Source: Clostridia bacterium (GTDB taxonomy: Bacteria > Bacillota > Clostridia > TANB77 > CAG-508). Taken from it: DNA of 59,801 nucleotides. The position numbers and the translations under genes were made by a program. The notes below the pieces were generated by a model. It saw nothing but the letters and a program-made list of their open reading frames with translations, did not search any database and was not told the origin of the DNA. The stretch covers positions 1 to 59,801 of the forward strand of contig JAFQIK010000017.1 in the NCBI GenBank assembly GCA_017397545.1, given 5' to 3'. Every line of letters starts with the position of its first letter. Position 1 is the first letter of the stretch. Shown here in pieces: positions 42,269 to 54,199 of the stretch.

Positions 42269-43895
42269 TTGATAAATACATTACATATAAAAAACGTTGG
42301 AATAATAGATGAAATAAGTATTGATTTAAATAAAGGATTTAATGTATTAACAGGTGAGACAGGAGCAGGAAAAACTCTTATTATAGGCTCATTAGAAATT
42401 TTAGCAGGTGGTAGATTTTCTAAAGAAATGATAAGAAAAGGAGAAGAATATTCATTTGTTGAAATAAGTGTAACAAGTAATAATAACGAAGACGTTATCT
42501 TGTCAAGAGAAATAAATATAAATGGCAAAAATTTATGCAAAATTAATGGAAGAATGGTAACGGTTTCAGAGCTTAAAAATTTTATGAGCTCTATTATAGA
42601 TATACATGGGCAACATGATAATCAATCTCTATTAAACTCAAATGTACATATAAGATTACTAGATAAGTTTGCAGGAAGTGAGTTTAAAAATATAAAATTA
42701 GATTATTTAGAAAAGTATAGTAAATATAAAAGACTAAAAGAAGAAATAGTAAAAAATTATGGAGATGATAAAGAGAAACAAAGAAAGCTAGATTTACTAA
42801 AATATCAGTCAAATGAGATAGAAGAAGCAAATTTAAAAAAAGGAGAAGAAGAAGAACTAGAAGAAAAAAAGAAGAAAATATTAAATACAGAAAAAATTTC
42901 TAAAAATTTAGGAATTGCAGAAAATGAAATTTTAAATGTAGCATTAGAATCAGTTCAATCTGCAATGAAATCATTAGAAAAAATAGATGATATAAATGAA
43001 GAATATTTAAAAACTGCAGAAACAGTTAGAAATATTTATTATGAATTAGAAGATTGCCGGAAGAACAATATCAAGTTATTCAGAAGATATATATTTTGAT
43101 GACAGAGAAATAGAAGAAGTAGAAACAAGATTAAATCTTATATCTTCAATGAAAAGAAAATATGGAAATAATATAGAGGAAATATTAAAGTACAAAGAAG
43201 AAGTAGAAAAAGAAATATATGAAATAGAAAACTTAGAAGAATATACAAATAAATTAAAATTAGATTTAAAAGTTTTAGAAAAACAAATGAAAGAACTTTG
43301 CAGTAAAATGCATCAAATAAGAGAAAAAATAAGTGAAATTTTGGCAGAGGAAGTTCAAAAAGATTTAATAGATTTAGAAATGAAAAATACAAAATTTAAA
43401 GTAGATATTAATTACCATGAAAATAAAGATTTTAATGAAAATGGGCAAGAGGAAATAGAATTTTTAATAATGACAAATATTGGAGAAGATTTTAAACCAC
43501 TTACAAAAATTGCATCAGGTGGAGAAATGTCTAGAATAATGCTTGCAATAAAAAGAGTTTTAGCAGATGTAGACGAAGTAGAAACATTAGTATTTGACGA
43601 AATAGATACAGGAATTAGTGGGATTGCAGCAAATAAAGTAGCAGAAAAAATGAAACAAATAGCAAGAACTCATCAAATAATATGTGTAACACACTTAGCT
43701 ACAATTGCAGCCAAAGGAGATACAAATTATTATATTAACAAACAAGTAAAAGATGGAAAAACAAAAACAAATATATCTTTATTAAAAGACGAAAACTTAT
43801 TAAAAGAAATTGCAAGAATAGCAAGTGGAGAAGTAACAACAGTATCACTTCAATATGCAAAAGAACTGATTGAGCGTGCGGACGTGAGGTCATAA
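42269..43895 (+). CDS. recN: DNA repair protein RecN, 541 aa after a +1 shift at CGG 43058
   Basis: TGETGAGK, DIHGQHD, ASGGEMSR, FDEIDTG and CVTH motifs. The frames join at EDC-G-RTISSY. Confidence 0.93.
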
Positions 43896-43943
43896 CATTT
43901 CATTTTTTATAAAAATGGAATTTTTGCCTCCACCCTAGCGACT
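43872..43943 (+). repeat. ~70-bp repeat, copy 2, overlapping the recN 3' end
   Basis: Matches 27523-27593. Confidence 0.8.
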
Positions 43944-44077
43944 GGCGAAAGAATTTAGTTAATAGTGAAAAATGAATAGTGAAAAGTACAAACTTGCCTT
44001 CGAAATTTCTTCTTTGACATAGCTTAATACTCTTAACTATTCATTCTTAGTTATTCACTCTTGCCGTTAGGCAAGTT

Positions 44078-44152
44078 TGGTGACCCCTACGGGAATCGAA
44101 CCCATGATTCAGCCTTGAGAGGGCTGCGTCTTAACCGCTTGACCAAGGGGCC
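44078..44152 (-). tRNA. tRNA-Glu(CTC)
   Basis: Reverse complement GGCCCCTTGGTCAAGCGGTTAAGAC-GCAGCC-CTCTCAA-GGCTG...GGTTCGATTCCCGTAGGGGTCACCA. Confidence 0.96.
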
Positions 44153-44228
44153 ATATATATTACAAACATATTTATAACATTATTTATATTCTTTTGTCAA
44201 GATATGTTAGTAGATAAATAAAAAAATG

Positions 44229-44340
44229 GTTACAGTTCAGACCTAAATTAAAATTTATATTCATTTTTTTGTTGCGGGTCGCCCAGGGGTGCGACCCCTA
44301 CATTTACTCTACATTTTTTAGTTTTAGTCTGAATAGTAAC
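44229..44340. repeat. MITE-like element with GTTAC..TTCAGAC terminal inverted repeats around a REP hairpin
   Basis: GTTACAGTTCAGAC ... GTCTGAATAGTAAC. A right-end copy, AGTCTGAACAGTAACC, also occurs at about 31341-31356. Confidence 0.6.
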
Positions 44341-44409
44341 TTTTATTTAAGAAAATCGATTACATAAATATTTACTTTTCCCAGCTTCTGTTATATAATA
44401 ATAAAATAA

Positions 44410-45925
<1,516 letters not shown>

Positions 45926-45927
<2 letters not shown>

Positions 45928-46048
45928 TCGAATGAAAAACAGCATTTTGCGTCGTTAAATTCATAGCCAAAATCCTCAACGTGCAAAAGCACGCCTCCGG
46001 TATTTGGACTATGAATTTGCCTAGCAAACTACTATTTTTGATTCGACT
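45926..46048. repeat. ~125-bp long-hairpin element, copy 2
   Basis: AGTCGAAT...ATTCGACT ends, inner AAATTCATAG/CTATGAATTT. Related to 36384-36511. Confidence 0.65.
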
Positions 46049-46086
46049 GGATGAACAATATAAATAATAATTTTATTTAGCGTGAG

Positions 46087-46368
46087 GTGCTAAGCTTGAA
46101 AAGATGGAAAGTAATTCGTAATATAACTTTAAGTATATTTATAGTTTCTCTAATACCAATTCTATGGTGGCTTTTTGAAGCTATATGGAATGATATAAAT
46201 GGATATACATATATAGTTCCTGGACCAGGTCTTACAAGATGGTATAACATTTTTATATTTAAATCATTTTGGTACTTAATTATTTGGAGTATTCCTGCTA
46301 TTATTGATGTAATATTATTTATAATTTCAATGATAAAAATAAAAGAGAATAATTTAGTAGGGAAATAG
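46087..46368 (+). CDS. Small two-TM membrane protein
   Basis: Two hydrophobic helices; start codon uncertain (GTG 46087 or TTG 46096). Confidence 0.55.
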   Translation: MLSLKRWKVIRNITLSIFIVSLIPILWWLFEAIWNDINGYTYIVPGPGLTRWYNIFIFKSFWYLIIWSIPAIIDVILFIISMIKIKENNLVGK

Positions 46369-46378
46369 GAGAAAATAA

Positions 46379-47245
46379 ATGCTAGAAAAAGACGATTTTT
46401 TTCCAATTGGAATAGGAACTTATAAATTGAATTTAGAAGATAAAGAAAATACTCTTAAAGGGCTTTTATATTCTGTAGAAAAAGGACAAAACTTTATGAG
46501 TACAGCTCTAGTTTATGATAATGGTAGAGTAGTAGACTTTTTGAAAGAGTTTTTTAGAAAAGTAGATAGAGAAAAAATTTTTTTAATGGCTCATTTAGAA
46601 AGATATATAGAAAAACTAGAAGATGTAGAAAAACAAGTTAATGAATATTTAACAAAAATGGATATAGATTATATAGATGCAGTACAAGTACATGCGTCAT
46701 ATGTATCAAAAATTCCACTTGCAGAAACATATAATCAAATAAATGAGTTAATAAAAAAAGGAAAAGTTAGATATATATCAATAAGCAATTCAAGTTTAGA
46801 AGAGCTAAAAGAGATTAATGAAAAATTTGGTGTATATAGCTTCGAAGGTGTTTATAATTTAGAATGTAAGTTAAATGAAAATATAGGAATTATAAACTAT
46901 TGCAAAGAAAATAATATTAAATTTATATGTTATCAAGCACTAAGAAGAAATAGAATTGCAAATAATAATTATCCACTACTAACTGAATTATCAGAAAAAT
47001 ATGGTAAAACACAAAATCAAATATTATTAAATTGGTTAATTAAAGAAAAGGGCGTTTTAGCTCTAATAAAATCAACCAATAAAGATAATATAGATAGCAA
47101 TTTGGAATCCTTAAATTTCGAAATATCTATTGAAGATATGAATAAACTTAATGAATTTAAACATAAAGGATTTGATACAGTAAAAATTGATTGGAAAGAA
47201 ACAGGTAAAGGTGTTTTAATAGATCAATTAGCAAATCAATTCTAA
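46379..47245 (+). CDS. Aldo/keto reductase family protein
   Basis: IGIGTY, DYIDAVQVH, GKVRYISISN and QILLNW motifs. Confidence 0.85.
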   Translation: MLEKDDFFPIGIGTYKLNLEDKENTLKGLLYSVEKGQNFMSTALVYDNGRVVDFLKEFFRKVDREKIFLMAHLERYIEKLEDVEKQVNEYLTKMDIDYIDAVQVHASYVSKIPLAETYNQINELIKKGKVRYISISNSSLEELKEINEKFGVYSFEGVYNLECKLNENIGIINYCKENNIKFICYQALRRNRIANNNYPLLTELSEKYGKTQNQILLNWLIKEKGVLALIKSTNKDNIDSNLESLNFEISIEDMNKLNEFKHKGFDTVKIDWKETGKGVLIDQLANQF

Positions 47246-47275
47246 TAATAGTATGAGATACGAGGAGAGATAAAT

Positions 47276-48025
47276 ATGTTTAATTTTGGATTAGATAGAA
47301 GAACAATTACTATAATAATAGTAGTAATGCTAGGGTTATGGCTGCTAAATTCTGGAACAAGTGGGATATTGAATTTACTTTTAACAATTCCAGGAGTTTT
47401 AATTGCACTTACATTTCATGAGTTTGCACATGCATATGCAGCAGATAAATTAGGAGATGAAACTCCAAGAATGCAAGGAAGACTTAATTTAAATCCATTG
47501 AGTCATATAGATCCATTTGGTTTTGTCTTTTTAATTGTTGCAGGATTTGGATGGGGAAAACCAGTACAAATTAATCCTAGAAATTTTAATGGAAAATATT
47601 CCTTATCTAAAGCAGAAGCAATAGTTTCTGCAGCAGGACCTATAATGAATTTTATATTAGCATTTGTATTTTTAATAATATACTATGTATTATTTAATAT
47701 AACAAATGTAATGCAAGGATTGTCTACCCAGTGGCAACTTGTTGTATATCAAATAGTTTTATATACAATATCTATAAATATAGGACTTGGAGTATTTAAT
47801 TTAATTCCACTTCCACCACTTGATGGTTCAAAAATATTAATGCATTTTTTACCATATAACGGGAAACAATGGTTTTATAATAACCAACAAATATTTTATA
47901 TAGTATTTTTACTTATTTGGATAACAGGATTATCTTCTACAATTTTAAATCCAATATTTAATGGAATATTAAGTGGAATGGACTGGATTGTATATAATAT
48001 ATTTAAGCTGTTGATGTTAATTTAG
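47276..48025 (+). CDS. Site-2 protease (M50 family)
   Basis: HEFAH, AGP.MN and FNLIPLPPLDG motifs. Confidence 0.93.
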   Translation: MFNFGLDRRTITIIIVVMLGLWLLNSGTSGILNLLLTIPGVLIALTFHEFAHAYAADKLGDETPRMQGRLNLNPLSHIDPFGFVFLIVAGFGWGKPVQINPRNFNGKYSLSKAEAIVSAAGPIMNFILAFVFLIIYYVLFNITNVMQGLSTQWQLVVYQIVLYTISINIGLGVFNLIPLPPLDGSKILMHFLPYNGKQWFYNNQQIFYIVFLLIWITGLSSTILNPIFNGILSGMDWIVYNIFKLLMLI

Positions 48026-48029
48026 GGTA

Positions 48030-48107
48030 TGTAGGGGGCGCTGCCCACAGCGCCCCGTGAACAAAATAAGATAAAAACAATGTAGGGGCGACTAGTAGTC
48101 GCCCGCT
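48030..48107 (+). repeat. Two tandem GTAG REP hairpins
   Basis: TGTAGGGGGCGCTG..CAGCGCCCC and TGTAGGGGCGACTAGTAGTCGCCCGC. Confidence 0.85.
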
Positions 48108-48149
48108 CTTCGAAGAATTTACTATATATAAGAAAGATAAGGAGTAGGA

Positions 48150-49233
48150 ATGAAAAATATATTAGTTCTAGGAATTGAATCAAGTTGTGATGAAACTTCC
48201 GTATCAGTTGTAAAAAATGGTAGGGAAGTTCTTTCTAATGTAATAAATTCACAAATAGATATACATACAGAATATGGTGGAGTAGTACCGGAAATAGCAT
48301 CAAGATGCCATACAGAAGTTATAAATCAAATAACAAAACAAGCTTTAAAAGAAGCGGGAATTACAATGGAAGATATAGATGTGATTTGTCCTACATATGG
48401 ACCAGGACTAGTTGGAGCTCTTTTGGTAGGTGTATCTTATGCAAAAGGATTAGCATTTGCAAATAATAAACCACTAGTTGGAATTAATCATTTAGAAGGA
48501 CATATTGCAGCAAATTATATTACATATAAAGAATTAAAACCACCATTTTTATGTTTAATGATGTCAGGCGGAAATACACAAATTGTGCATGTAAAAGATT
48601 ATTGTGAGTTTGAAGTATTAGGAAAAACAAGAGATGATGCAATAGGAGAAGCATTTGATAAAGTAGCAAGAGTAGTAGGACTTCGGATATCCTGGAGGAC
48701 CAAAAGTAGATGCTTTAGCAAAAGAAGGACAAGCTAATATAGAACTTCCAAAAACACATTTCGATAATTTAGATTTTAGTTTTAGTGGAATAAAAACAGC
48801 AGTAATAAATTTGAACCATAAAAATCCAAACATAAATAAAGCAGATTTATGTGCAAGCTTTCAAAAAACAGTAACAGAGATTTTAGTAGAAAACGTAAAA
48901 AAATCTATAAATTATATTAAAAAGTCTGTAGGGGTCGATGCCCACATTGGCCCGCAAACAAATACAAAATCAATTGCAAACGATGTAGGGGCGAACTGTG
49001 TTCGCCCGCAAAATGAACCAATAAAATTAGTTTTAGCAGGAGGCGTATCTGCAAACAGCTATATAAGAAATGCATTTTTAGAATTAGAAAAAGAAAATGT
49101 AGAAATATATATGCCAGACTTAAAACTTTGTACAGACAATGCAGCAATGATAGCATCGGCAGGGTACTATAATTACCTAGCAGGAAAAAAATCAGACCTT
49201 ACACTAAACGCAGTACCAAATTTAAAATTGTAA
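48150..49233 (+). CDS. tsaD: tRNA t6A threonylcarbamoyltransferase TsaD, 360 aa after a +1 shift at CGG 48684
   Basis: [48 protein letters not shown] and CTDNAAMIA motifs. Confidence 0.95.
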
Positions 49234-49237
49234 TTTT

Positions 49238-49331
49238 GAAGTGTGAGGTGCGAGGTGTGAAGTGTGAAATTAAGGTAAAGCCTACGAAGCCATCCCTAAA
49301 AGCACACATCCCACATCCCACGTCCCACTTC
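49238..49331. repeat. Heptamer-repeat palindromic element
   Basis: GAAGTGT/GAGGTGC/GAGGTGT...AAGCCTACGAAG..CCTAAAAGCACAC. Inverted relative to 50101-50192. Confidence 0.8.
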
Positions 49332-49386
49332 GATTAAATATTTTTAAATTAAAGAAATTTATACTAAATAATAAAGGAGAAAATCT

Positions 49387-50088
49387 ATGTCAATTTATGC
49401 AATCTCAGACCTACATTTATCATTTGGCGATAACAAACCAATGGATATATTTGGAGCAAATTGGGAAAAACACGCAGAAAAAATAAAAGAGAATTGGATA
49501 AAAAAAGTAACAGATAATGACCTGGTAATATTACCAGGAGATTTTTCGTGGGCAATGTATTTAGAAGATACATACAAAGATTTTGAATATTTAAATTTTC
49601 TTCCAGGGCATAAAATACTATTAAAAGGAAATCATGATTATTGGTGGACAAGCCTTAAAAAGATGAGAGAATATTTAAAAGAAAACAATTTTGAAAAAAT
49701 AGATTTTTTACATAACAATAGTTATTTGTTTGAAAATAAAATAATAGTAGGAACAAGAGGATGGCAAGACGAAAATGCAAAAGAAGATAAAAGAATAATA
49801 AAAAGAGAAAATTTAAGATTAGAATTATCTATAAAAGATGGAATTAAAAAATACGGAGAAGGAAAAGAAATAATAGCATGCATACATTACCCTCCATTTA
49901 ATAGATACGAAGAAAACGAACTAAATTATATTAGTACAATGAAAAAATATAATATAAAAACATGTATATATGGCCACTTGCATGGAGAACGTACACACAA
50001 AGAAGCAAAAACAGGATTGATTAATGGGATAGAATTTAAATTGGTAAGTTGTGACTATACGGGGTTTGAATTAGTGGAGATTGGCTAA
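49387..50088 (+). CDS. Metallophosphoesterase
   Basis: SDLH, GD, GNHD and GHLH motifs. Confidence 0.92.
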   Translation: MSIYAISDLHLSFGDNKPMDIFGANWEKHAEKIKENWIKKVTDNDLVILPGDFSWAMYLEDTYKDFEYLNFLPGHKILLKGNHDYWWTSLKKMREYLKENNFEKIDFLHNNSYLFENKIIVGTRGWQDENAKEDKRIIKRENLRLELSIKDGIKKYGEGKEIIACIHYPPFNRYEENELNYISTMKKYNIKTCIYGHLHGERTHKEAKTGLINGIEFKLVSCDYTGFELVEIG

Positions 50089-50100
50089 AAATGTATTTGA

Positions 50101-50192
50101 GGTGTGATGTGGGATGTGTGAGGTGTGCTTTTAGGTATAGTCTTCGTAGGCTTTTCTTTAATTTCACACTTCTCACCTCGCACTTCACACTT
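50101..50192. repeat. Heptamer-repeat palindromic element
   Basis: Nearly identical to 205-296. Confidence 0.8.
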
Positions 50193-50313
50193 CGATATAA
50201 TTAACAATTTGCAATGCAGGTTGTTTTTTATTACATTAAACCCTTGCAAAATCTGAAAAATGTGATATAATTGAACAGTTGATTATTATATAAAAACGGA
50301 AGGAAGATAAAAA

Positions 50314-51597
50314 ATGAACGTAAAAGTAGAAAAAACTAAAAATAATAACGAAGTTAAACTAGAGATAACAGTAGAAGCAGAAAAATTTGATAACGCTATA
50401 AAAACAGTATTCAATAAAAATGCTAAATACTTTAATATTCCAGGATTTAGAAAAGGAAAAGCACCATTCCAAATAGTAGAAAAAACATATGGAGCACAAA
50501 TATTCTACGAAGATGCTTTTAACGAAATAGCAGGAGAAGCATACGAAGAAGCTTTAAAATCAAACGAAGTAGAAGCTGTAAGTAGACCAGAAATAGATAT
50601 AGTTCAAATAGAAAAAGGAAAAGATTTAATATTTACAGCAGTAGTTTCTACAAAACCAGAAGTAACATTAGGAAAATATAAAGGTATACAAATCAAAAAA
50701 ATAGAGTATAATGTATCTGACGAAGATATCGAACACGAATTAGGACATATGGCAGAAAAAAATGCAAGATTAGTTTCTGTAGAAGATAGACCAGTAGAAT
50801 CTGGAGATATTACAGTAATAGATTTCGAAGGTTTTGTTGATGGTGTAGCATTTGATGGTGGAAAAGCAGAAAACCATGAATTAACAATAGGAAGTAACAC
50901 ATTTATACCAGGGTTTGAAGACCAAATAATTGGTATGAAATTAGAAGAAGAAAAAGAAATAAATGTTAAATTCCCAGAACAATATTTCTCAGCAAACTTA
51001 GCTGGAAAAAATGCAATGTTCAAAGTTAAATTACACGAAATAAAGAAAAAAGAAATGCCAGAAATAAATGATGAACTTGCAAAAGATATAAGCGAATTTG
51101 ATACAATCGAAGAATTAAAAAATAGCATTAAAGAAAAACAAGAAGAACAAAATAAATCAAGAGCTAAATACGAAACAGAAGATGCTGTTATAAAAGTAGT
51201 ATGCGAAGAAGCTAAAGTAGAAATTCCAGCAGGAATGATAGAAATGGAAATAGACAATATGGCTCAAGATATCGAAACAAGATTAAGATATCAAGGAATG
51301 AATTTAGACCAATACTTAAAAATGATGAACAAAACTATGGATGACTTTAGAACAGAAAACAAAGAACAAGCAGAAAATTCAATAAAAACTAGATTAGTTT
51401 TAGAAGCAGTAGCAAAAGATGCTGCAATAGAAGTAACAGAAGAAGAAATATCAAGCAAAATTAAAGAAATGGCAGAAAACTATGGCAAAAAAGAAGACGA
51501 AGTAAAAGATAATCCAGAATTAATAAGATATGTTACAGATGGATTAAAAACAGAAAAAACAATTAATTACTTGGTAGAAAATGCAAAAATTAAATAA
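50314..51597 (+). CDS. tig: Trigger factor
   Basis: IPGFRKGKAP and FKBP domain FIPGFEDQIIG. Confidence 0.97.
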   Translation: MNVKVEKTKNNNEVKLEITVEAEKFDNAIKTVFNKNAKYFNIPGFRKGKAPFQIVEKTYGAQIFYEDAFNEIAGEAYEEALKSNEVEAVSRPEIDIVQIEKGKDLIFTAVVSTKPEVTLGKYKGIQIKKIEYNVSDEDIEHELGHMAEKNARLVSVEDRPVESGDITVIDFEGFVDGVAFDGGKAENHELTIGSNTFIPGFEDQIIGMKLEEEKEINVKFPEQYFSANLAGKNAMFKVKLHEIKKKEMPEINDELAKDISEFDTIEELKNSIKEKQEEQNKSRAKYETEDAVIKVVCEEAKVEIPAGMIEMEIDNMAQDIETRLRYQGMNLDQYLKMMNKTMDDFRTENKEQAENSIKTRLVLEAVAKDAAIEVTEEEISSKIKEMAENYGKKEDEVKDNPELIRYVTDGLKTEKTINYLVENAKIK

Positions 51598-51681
51598 TAA
51601 TTAAAAGGGGGCAAATTTTGTTTTAATAAAATAATAAGAACACAAAATTTGCTCTTATTATATATAACAAATTGCAAACGT

Positions 51682-51800
51682 TGTAGGGGCGACTAGTAGT
51701 CGCCCGCACTACAGAGGAATACCTAAAGAGATGTAGGGGAGGAATCCATTTCCGCCCGATAAAATGCATCAATTGGGCAGATATAGAATCTGCCCCTACA
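51682..51800. repeat. Three GTAG REP hairpins (+,+,-)
   Basis: Units at about 51682, 51732 and 51775. Confidence 0.8.
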
Positions 51801-51839
51801 GATTTAAAAATAACAAATAAAAACCAAGGAGGATTTATA

Positions 51840-52439
51840 ATGGAAAAAAACAGTTTAGTACCTTATGTAATTGAACAAACAGGAAGAGGAGAAAGATCAT
51901 ATGATATATTCTCAAGATTATTAAAAGATAGAATAATATTTTTAAGTGAAGATGTAAACCATGTAACAGCAAGTTTAGTAATAGCACAAATGTTATTCTT
52001 AGAATCAGAAGACCCAGATAAAGAAATATCATTCTATATAAATAGCCCAGGTGGTTCTATAACAGATGGTATGGCAATAGTAGATACAATGAATTATATA
52101 AAATGCCCAGTTTCTACAATATGTATAGGATTAGCTGCAAGTATGGGCTCAGTACTTTTAGCATGTGGAGCAAAAGGTAAAAGATATGCAACACCAAATT
52201 CAGAAGTATTAATACATCAACCATTAATTTCTGGAGGACTTTCAGGGCAAACAACAGAAATAAAAATACATGCAGACCACATGGTGAAAACAAGAGAAAA
52301 ATTAAACAAATTATTAAGCGAAAAAACAGGTCAAACATTAGAACAAATAGAAAAAGATACAGAAAGAGACCATTATATGACAGCAGAAGAAGCACTAAAA
52401 TACGGTTTAATAGACGAGATTATAGATATTAGAAAATAA
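51840..52439 (+). CDS. clpP: ATP-dependent Clp protease proteolytic subunit
   Basis: YINSPGG, AASMG and IHQP motifs. Confidence 0.98.
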   Translation: MEKNSLVPYVIEQTGRGERSYDIFSRLLKDRIIFLSEDVNHVTASLVIAQMLFLESEDPDKEISFYINSPGGSITDGMAIVDTMNYIKCPVSTICIGLAASMGSVLLACGAKGKRYATPNSEVLIHQPLISGGLSGQTTEIKIHADHMVKTREKLNKLLSEKTGQTLEQIEKDTERDHYMTAEEALKYGLIDEIIDIRK

Positions 52440-52529
52440 GAAAAATAAAAAAATGCGATGTAGGGGCGAACTGCGTTCGCCCGCGATAAACAAAAGAAAA
52501 AATATAATATAAAAATAAAGGAGAGTTCA

Positions 52530-53840
52530 ATGGCAAATAAAAACAATAATCAAAATGTAAGATGTTCATTTTGTGGTAAAGCACAAGAAATGGTAAAAAG
52601 AATTGTGGCTGGACCAAATGCATATATATGCGATGAATGTATAAATATTTGTACAAATATTATAGAAGATGAAAATTATGAAGATGATTTAGGATATGAA
52701 GATATAAAGTCAGAAGATATACCAACACCTGCAGAAATAAAAGCAATATTAGACGAATATGTAATAGGTCAAGATGATGCTAAAAAAACATTATCTGTTG
52801 CAGTTTATAATCACTATAAACGTATATCTTGTGAAGAAATTATAGATGATGTAGAAATACAAAAAAGCAATGTGCTTTTACTTGGACCAACAGGATGTGG
52901 TAAGACACTTTTAGCACAAACTTTAGCTAGAATTTTAAATGTTCCATTTGCAATAGCAGATGCAACAACACTTACAGAGGCTGGATATGTTGGAGAAGAT
53001 GTAGAAAACATTTTACTTAAATTAATACAAGCAGCAGAATATGACATTTCTAAGGCTCAAAAAGGAATTATATATATAGACGAAATAGATAAAATAACAA
53101 GAAAATCAGAAAATCCATCAATTACAAGGGATGTTAGTGGAGAAGGTGTTCAACAAGCATTATTAAAAATAGTAGAAGGAACAGTTGCATCAGTACCACC
53201 ACAAGGAGGAAGAAAACATCCTCATCAAGAATTTTTACAAATAGATACATCTAACATACTATTTATATGTGGTGGAGCATTTGAAGGTTTAGAAAGAATT
53301 ATAAAAGATAGAGTAGGTAAAAAAGCAATAGGATTTGGAGCACAAATAGAAAGTAAAAAAGAATTAGAAAGATATAAAATATTTGAAGAATTATTACCAC
53401 AAGATTTATTAAAATTTGGTTTGATTCCAGAATTTGTTGGAAGACTTCCAATTATAGCAACACTAAGAGAATTAGACAGAGATGCTTTAGTAAATATAGT
53501 AACAAAACCAAAAAATGCATTAACAAAGCAATATAAAAAATTATTAGAATTAGATGGAGTAGAATTAGAATTCGAAAAAGAAGCATTAAATGCAATAGTA
53601 GATAAAGCTATAGAAAGAAATACAGGAGCAAGAGGATTACGTTCTATAATAGAAGATATTATGAGAGATATAATGTTTGATGTTCCAACAAATCCAAAAA
53701 TAGAAAAATGTATAATAACAAAAGATACTGTAGAAAAAAAAGCAGGACCAGAGCTTGTTATAAATGAAAACAAAGTTGATAAAAGAGCAAAAATAAAGAA
53801 AAAACCAGTATCAAAACAAAAACAAGGAGAAATAGCATAA
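52530..53840 (+). CDS. clpX: ATP-dependent Clp protease ATP-binding subunit ClpX
   Basis: CSFCGK zinc-binding domain, [14 protein letters not shown] and IGF loop. Confidence 0.98.
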   Translation: MANKNNNQNVRCSFCGKAQEMVKRIVAGPNAYICDECINICTNIIEDENYEDDLGYEDIKSEDIPTPAEIKAILDEYVIGQDDAKKTLSVAVYNHYKRISCEEIIDDVEIQKSNVLLLGPTGCGKTLLAQTLARILNVPFAIADATTLTEAGYVGEDVENILLKLIQAAEYDISKAQKGIIYIDEIDKITRKSENPSITRDVSGEGVQQALLKIVEGTVASVPPQGGRKHPHQEFLQIDTSNILFICGGAFEGLERIIKDRVGKKAIGFGAQIESKKELERYKIFEELLPQDLLKFGLIPEFVGRLPIIATLRELDRDALVNIVTKPKNALTKQYKKLLELDGVELEFEKEALNAIVDKAIERNTGARGLRSIIEDIMRDIMFDVPTNPKIEKCIITKDTVEKKAGPELVINENKVDKRAKIKKKPVSKQKQGEIA

Positions 53841-53952
53841 ATATAAAATATAGGGGTGGGCCATGTGCACATCCCTATTTCTATGAAAATTTTTAAATGA
53901 ATAGTGAAGAGTGAATAGTGAAAAGTACAAAATTTGCTTTTGCAAATTTTGA

Positions 53953-54031
53953 TGTAGGGGCGACTATCGATTAGCTGTGCGAAATGAAATGAGCTACAGA
54001 TAATACATGCCCTTGGGGTAGTAGTCGCCCG
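53953..54031 (+). repeat. GTAG REP hairpin interrupted by a 52-nt insertion
   Basis: TGTAGGGGCGAC-TA-[53967-54018]-TA-GTAGTCGCCCG. Confidence 0.7.
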
Positions 54032-54199
54032 CGCATCGAAGAAAATGCTTAAATAAATATTACAACGATATTACAATAATATTACATTTTTACGACATTA
54101 TGAAAATATATTGAAAAAGAATTTTAAAGGTTGTATTATTAATTTGAATATAAAGCACAAAAGAAAAATTGTGTAAAAACAAATAAGGAGGAAAATAAA

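Noticed and set aside
44082-44090. GTAGGGGTC in the tRNA-Glu 3' acceptor strand matches the REP start
   Set aside because: Only 9 nt match and it is explained by the acceptor stem, so there is not enough evidence for a tRNA origin of the REPs.
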